DNA of 64,000 bases from Eutreptiella sp. 'Long Island Sound 2002'. Lineage: Eukaryota; Protista; Euglenida. The position numbers and the translations under genes were made by a program. The stretch covers positions 8,990,001 through 9,054,000 of the forward strand of contig OZ038379.1 in the NCBI GenBank assembly GCA_964036045.1, given 5' to 3'. Below, piece after piece: positions 59,300 through 64,000 of this stretch (the stretch's first letter is position 1; each line of letters begins with the position of its first letter). Below the pieces are notes generated by a model. The model did not search any database and was not told the origin of the DNA. It worked only from the letters and a program-made list of their open reading frames with translations.

Positions 59300-62200
59300 C
59301 AAGATGTTGACAACTTCGTTGCCTCGTGGGAACAATGCGAACATTGAGACTCCCTCATTCGCCTCCTCCTCCATGCACGGCCATACGTTGATGGCCCAAC
59401 GTTCAGGAAGCTTCAAGCGAAGGTGACACAAAAGGTACACATGTGCACAGGCATTCGCTTGCCCTCTCGCATCGCCATACCCCATGCACCAGGACGCAAT
59501 GCATCCCTGCATGCCCTCAAGATGCCTATAAGATTGATCGCAGTCTTGGGACTGCCACGCTATTACATGTGATCCAAGATTACATCGTGGCGGTCACCCG
59601 CTTTGTTGCCAAGAGAGGACCCAAGGTGAGTGAAATTCTCTGCACATCCGTGTGTACCACACCATTGCAGGAGATGAAGGAGATGGCCCAAGCGCCTTGT
59701 GCATACGTAGATGCACACCCCTCCCTACCCAGAACTCATGGCTGCATCTTTGTCTGAGGTGGCAAGGATTTGTATACTCTAATGGGTAGGGATGCACGCA
59801 TGGTGCGCCAATTTGGTATTCACACTACCACAACACCGTGGGAGTGTTTGGAAGAAGGGCCCAAGCCTACCACTGCGACTTTGGGTCGATTGGTGCCAGG
59901 GAATAGGGAACGCAATTGCATGCTTGCAGTTCATGTGTGCAACCCCTTATGTGGGACCAGTGGCGCGACACCCGGCGCCACCATCGGCATGCATACATCC
60001 ACTACGAAGTGTCCGCCAGTCCCACCCGCATCTCACTTTCCTGAATATCGACAGAAATACCGACCACGCCAGTATTACCAAAAACTGCTGGAGACATTCG
60101 GTAATGAAACCCAGTTTCAGAAGGTCAAAAAACTGTGGCTCATTGAAGGAAGCGAAGAAAACTTACCTGTTCAACCCTACGGCAGCCGGCCATGCGAAGT
60201 TGCCCGCGTCCACGCGTCACGTGAGTTGGCGACAACCGCCCACCAGCAGGCATTTTTTCGTTCCACGCCCCTGCGATAAGCTTGAAGTAGGAAACCACCA
60301 CGATGATGAAAAGCTTTTTATCTGTCAGTCCAAACATCAGCATGATCGCACAAATCATTGTCCCACAAGGACGAATGGCAAATTACAACACGCACTAAGA
60401 ACCTTTTTATTCATTTTTTTTGTGAGATGAATGAGATTGGTTGTGAATTGTTCTGCCGATGGGTGACTTCAATTTTAAACTCACTGTGCACACATCATCA
60501 ACGCACACGCCCACGACAACCTCTTGGGGGCCGCCATGAAGATATGGAAATTTTCCGGTGTAAACGGGGTTGAGGTGTGCCGGATATCGTGCATTTCCCG
60601 CGCACGGAATCCCTAGTTGAAATGAACTAGGATTATGGTTTAACTCGGATTACTGTTCAAAATGTTGTATTGCAAATGATGGGCATAAGCACGAGGTCAA
60701 CAAGCCGAAGCCCAGACGAACTTCGCACATTGTGCGGTAGACATGGAATATCCACTCGCACAATTCGCTACCCAAGAGGTTGTTCCCGCCACTAATATCG
60801 TTGCGGCAATGGAATTTGTGATTTGTACGAGATTTTCATTCATTAATGTAGAGATGCACTCGACACAAGGGACCATTGAATTATTGAAAAAGACGATGCC
60901 GATCAACCCAAAGCCCCATCCGAAACGACACAAGGGAAGAGAGTACTTTGAGTGGAACGTGGCGTGGTCTTTGGGCATCGCATGAGACTGCCATGAGAAG
61001 TGCACTCGGTTGACTTTGATTGCTCGCCGGGGAATTTTTGTTTAAGGAAGGAGTGTTATTTCCTTTCCTTCAAAGTGAGTACGACCATCTTTAAACCACG
61101 AGATCGGTGCGAAGAGCTCAAGCACGCAGAGCTATCAGTTGTGTTCTCACAAATGGCGCGTGGCTCGTGCAAGTGGACCGGATTGTCGACAATTGGCTTC
61201 TTCCAACGATGCATAGCGATGAATGTACTTTTGGGTCAGGGTTTTTGTCCTTGGGTCGTCAACAAGACGTATGTCGTCAATCTTGCGTTGCCCCCACAAG
61301 ATTTGCCGCAAATCATAACGTGGCCATACTAGTGGTCGATGCGGATTACACCGAGGTAAAAGTCCATGGTGCGCGCGACTACAAAGTTTCACCCCCCGAA
61401 TCTCATAAATTGGTGGATACATTCGTGGTTCCACCCATTTTCTTCAGAGCACGCATGGCAACCTACTTGCATTGGCCTGTATTGGGACCAAAAGTCCACC
61501 GTTGTCCCATATCCTTCTTCTTGCCCCCAAAGGCGGGGCCCAAAAGGTATGTATCACACTTTGGCTTTGACGTCGCGGAATGAAAGTCAATTTGAGTCTT
61601 GCAAGGGGCATACGGGGCATAGCGCATGGGGGGAGCTATTTCCACGGCCTAACTTGACACAGCACCTTACATGGAACAATGTACTGTCTCATGTGTCCCA
61701 ATGGATGGCCGCTTTAAACATAGAACGGGCGACGAAAATTTTCCAATGTGGTGCCATTCTTCCTTTTCATGTGCTTCGGCCCACTCCCGTCACCCGGACA
61801 AGTTTCAAAAAATCAATGTTTGGTGGCAGGCATTTGTGCTTGCCCGGAGCTCAACTTGCAAAGCGCAAGTTGAGTTCCGTGCTCGGTGTGTGCGCGGCGT
61901 CTACGGGTACGATCCAAGGTCTTCTTGTGCTGCGTTGCCCGACTTGTCCACTGCGCAAATTTGTTCTTTCGATTCTAACGTCGGTTCGATGCATGGTTAC
62001 TGATACGGTGTGCCATAGTGCCATTGCCAACGTCTCGTATTCGGCATTTAAGGTTGTAGGGTATCCCTCAATAGTAGCTCGGAGTCGCCTTCAAGTGGCG
62101 CTATGATCTCTGCTTGGGCGATCCTCACGGCGTATGATGCTCGGGCACGATTTGGCTAGTAGTTATAACCGCCCACGAGGAGTCATTTTGCACGCAATGG

Positions 62201-62500
62201 CAATAGGCATAGGATGTAGGCTGCGCTTGACCGTTTGATATCGAGGTATCGAGGTATGCCAATGTGAAGTACCACCAAAACCTGGGGCAAGGTGCGAATA
62301 GCGAGGCAAGTTGAGAGCAAGGCGCCTTAACCCACCGAAACCACGTGCAGCATCGTGTCTTGGTCTTGACCACGATAGCAACATGCAACGTTCACGTTTT
62401 CGGTATTATGGGCATCCCTTTGTTAGGGCCTTGCCATTTTGTTACTGCAAAGCTTCCGCTTTGTGTGCATGCCAATCTAGTTGAAGAATATTACAATTTT
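59300..62500. pseudogene. Decayed coding-like tract, unidentified relic
   Basis: Many short protein-like fragments with stops, e.g. minus-strand YDLRQILWGQRKIDDIRLVDDPRTKTLTQKYIHRYASLEEANC. Strand and family are unresolved. Confidence 0.25.
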
Positions 62501-63173
62501 GCACGTGCCCTTGAGCCCACGAGTTTAGCTGATATCCGCACTAGCCGCCGTGGCGGTTAGTGTTGCCGAGTGGCAAAAAATCCCATTTTTCCGTCGGTGA
62601 GTGCGGTGAGCTGTTTCGTACAAAGGAAATTGTGGGGAAGATCTTCGACCTCTAGGAAAATTGGGGAAATGGGACTGTGAAAAATGGGTGTTTCGTCTCC
62701 CATGTTTGTCCCATTTTTGTCCCATTTTCCTCAGCCACATCCCTCCACAACCCACATCGTGTGCTATGCCCGCTATTTCTCCCCACATTTCCCCCCAGTT
62801 TTCTCCATTTTCCCCCATTTCCCCCATTTTTCCAAACTTCAAAATCGTGGTTTGGTGAGTTGGTGATTTCGGTGGCGGTGAGCGGGGATCCGTGCCATAT
62901 GACGAAACTATTCATGGCCTTAGTCCCCATTTCGAATCCTTTCATGCCTCTTTCACAGGAGCGCACAATTCTTGTATGCCGGGCTACACCCATCCAACTT
63001 CACCCCAATAGAGAGGAAGAGCGCTTGGAATCGGACGTACCACATGATTCAGGTCGTTTGGCTCCACTCCCTCCGTTGAGCAGCGATGACTACCAACGAG
63101 TCCAAAAAGGGTGAGGCATACGTTGGGCTTTTTTTTGCACCTCTTCCTCTTTCTCTCTCTCTTTGTCTCCCAC

Positions 63174-63212
63174 GCACACACACACACACACACACGCACA
63201 CACACACACACC
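63174..63212. repeat. (CA)n dinucleotide microsatellite
   Basis: CACACACA... run read directly. Confidence 0.9.
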
Positions 63213-64000
63213 ACTGTGTGTGTCTCCCTTTGTAGCTCACTCCCGTGCTTCGTGTGTCACCAAGCGGGCGTATTCCTCCACTAAAAACAACGCGATTCAA
63301 CCGATTTGGACGTTTTCGCAATTTTCTTCACCTCCCGCGTCCCGCGCGCACGCACGAAACCAACGGCAACAAAAGATTGCGCCGAAAAGTGCCCAAAAGA
63401 GACGTTTCTCGGCCGCCACTCGGTGATGTGTGATTTTTCTCGCAAAGGGTAATACACATGAACCCATCTGAGAGCTAAGGCTCCAACGTACAGAAAAAGT
63501 GTTCGTTGCCTTCAATACACCAAACGTTGCACGAGCATTGGCAAGGGAGCGAAGGAAACCCACACCGGCACACCCCGAGTGCTTCACACTTGTAACCCTC
63601 GTGCAACTTGCCGGGGTTGGATGTCATGACGACAAAATCACAAACATTTAATCATTCACAGTTGCACAGTTGTTCCAAAGCCTGTCTTCTCCACATGCCC
63701 TGCTGCCCTATGGGCTGGTGGGCTTGCGGGGGTAGACCACGCCACGCATCGCTGCATCGCGCACAGACCATGTTCCCACACTACGGGGATTATCGCAAAA
63801 GTGTGAAGACCTTCGAGTGGCACGGAGAGGATAAATTTCCCGTGGAGCTCGCCGTCCGCCACTACAGGTCGTCCTGCCCGGCGCTAACGACCCGTGCGAC
63901 CGATTTCTCTCTGTGCCTTTTCTCCGGCTTGTTGTTCCACATGTAGCACATGGCATCTTGTGCTGAGTCATGCATCTAAGGCTGGTGTCACGTTAGAACT

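Noticed and set aside
60490-60540. GGPQ...VCVDD as reverse-transcriptase motifs
   Set aside because: The two motifs are only about 7 residues apart, far too close for RT domains, and other RT motifs are absent.

Overview
Repeat-rich eukaryotic nuclear DNA, most likely from a euglenid. The main evidence is a near-perfect copy of the euglenid spliced leader (SL) at 4058-4082, plus AG acceptors a few nt upstream of start codons and GT-AG introns. Almost everything identifiable lies on the minus strand: (1) the 5' part of an APE-type LINE running off the left edge, with an SL fused exactly to its first ATG; (2) an intronless F-box/LRR gene whose 22 near-identical 29-aa repeats vary mainly at exposed residues; (3) a two-exon, 912-aa OPR/HPR-like protein with near-identical 39-aa repeats and a C-terminal RAP domain; (4) a multi-exon RNI-like LRR gene of about 13 kb, one intron of which appears to need a non-AG 3' junction. 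Between them are a 6.5-kb satellite of 23-bp units with a 230-bp higher-order repeat, several mini- and microsatellites, dispersed repeats, LINE relics and unidentified decayed coding tracts. Most long ORFs in the supplied track are repeat artefacts. No rRNA, tRNA or CRISPR array could be supported. All alignments and counts were done by eye; no database searches were run.
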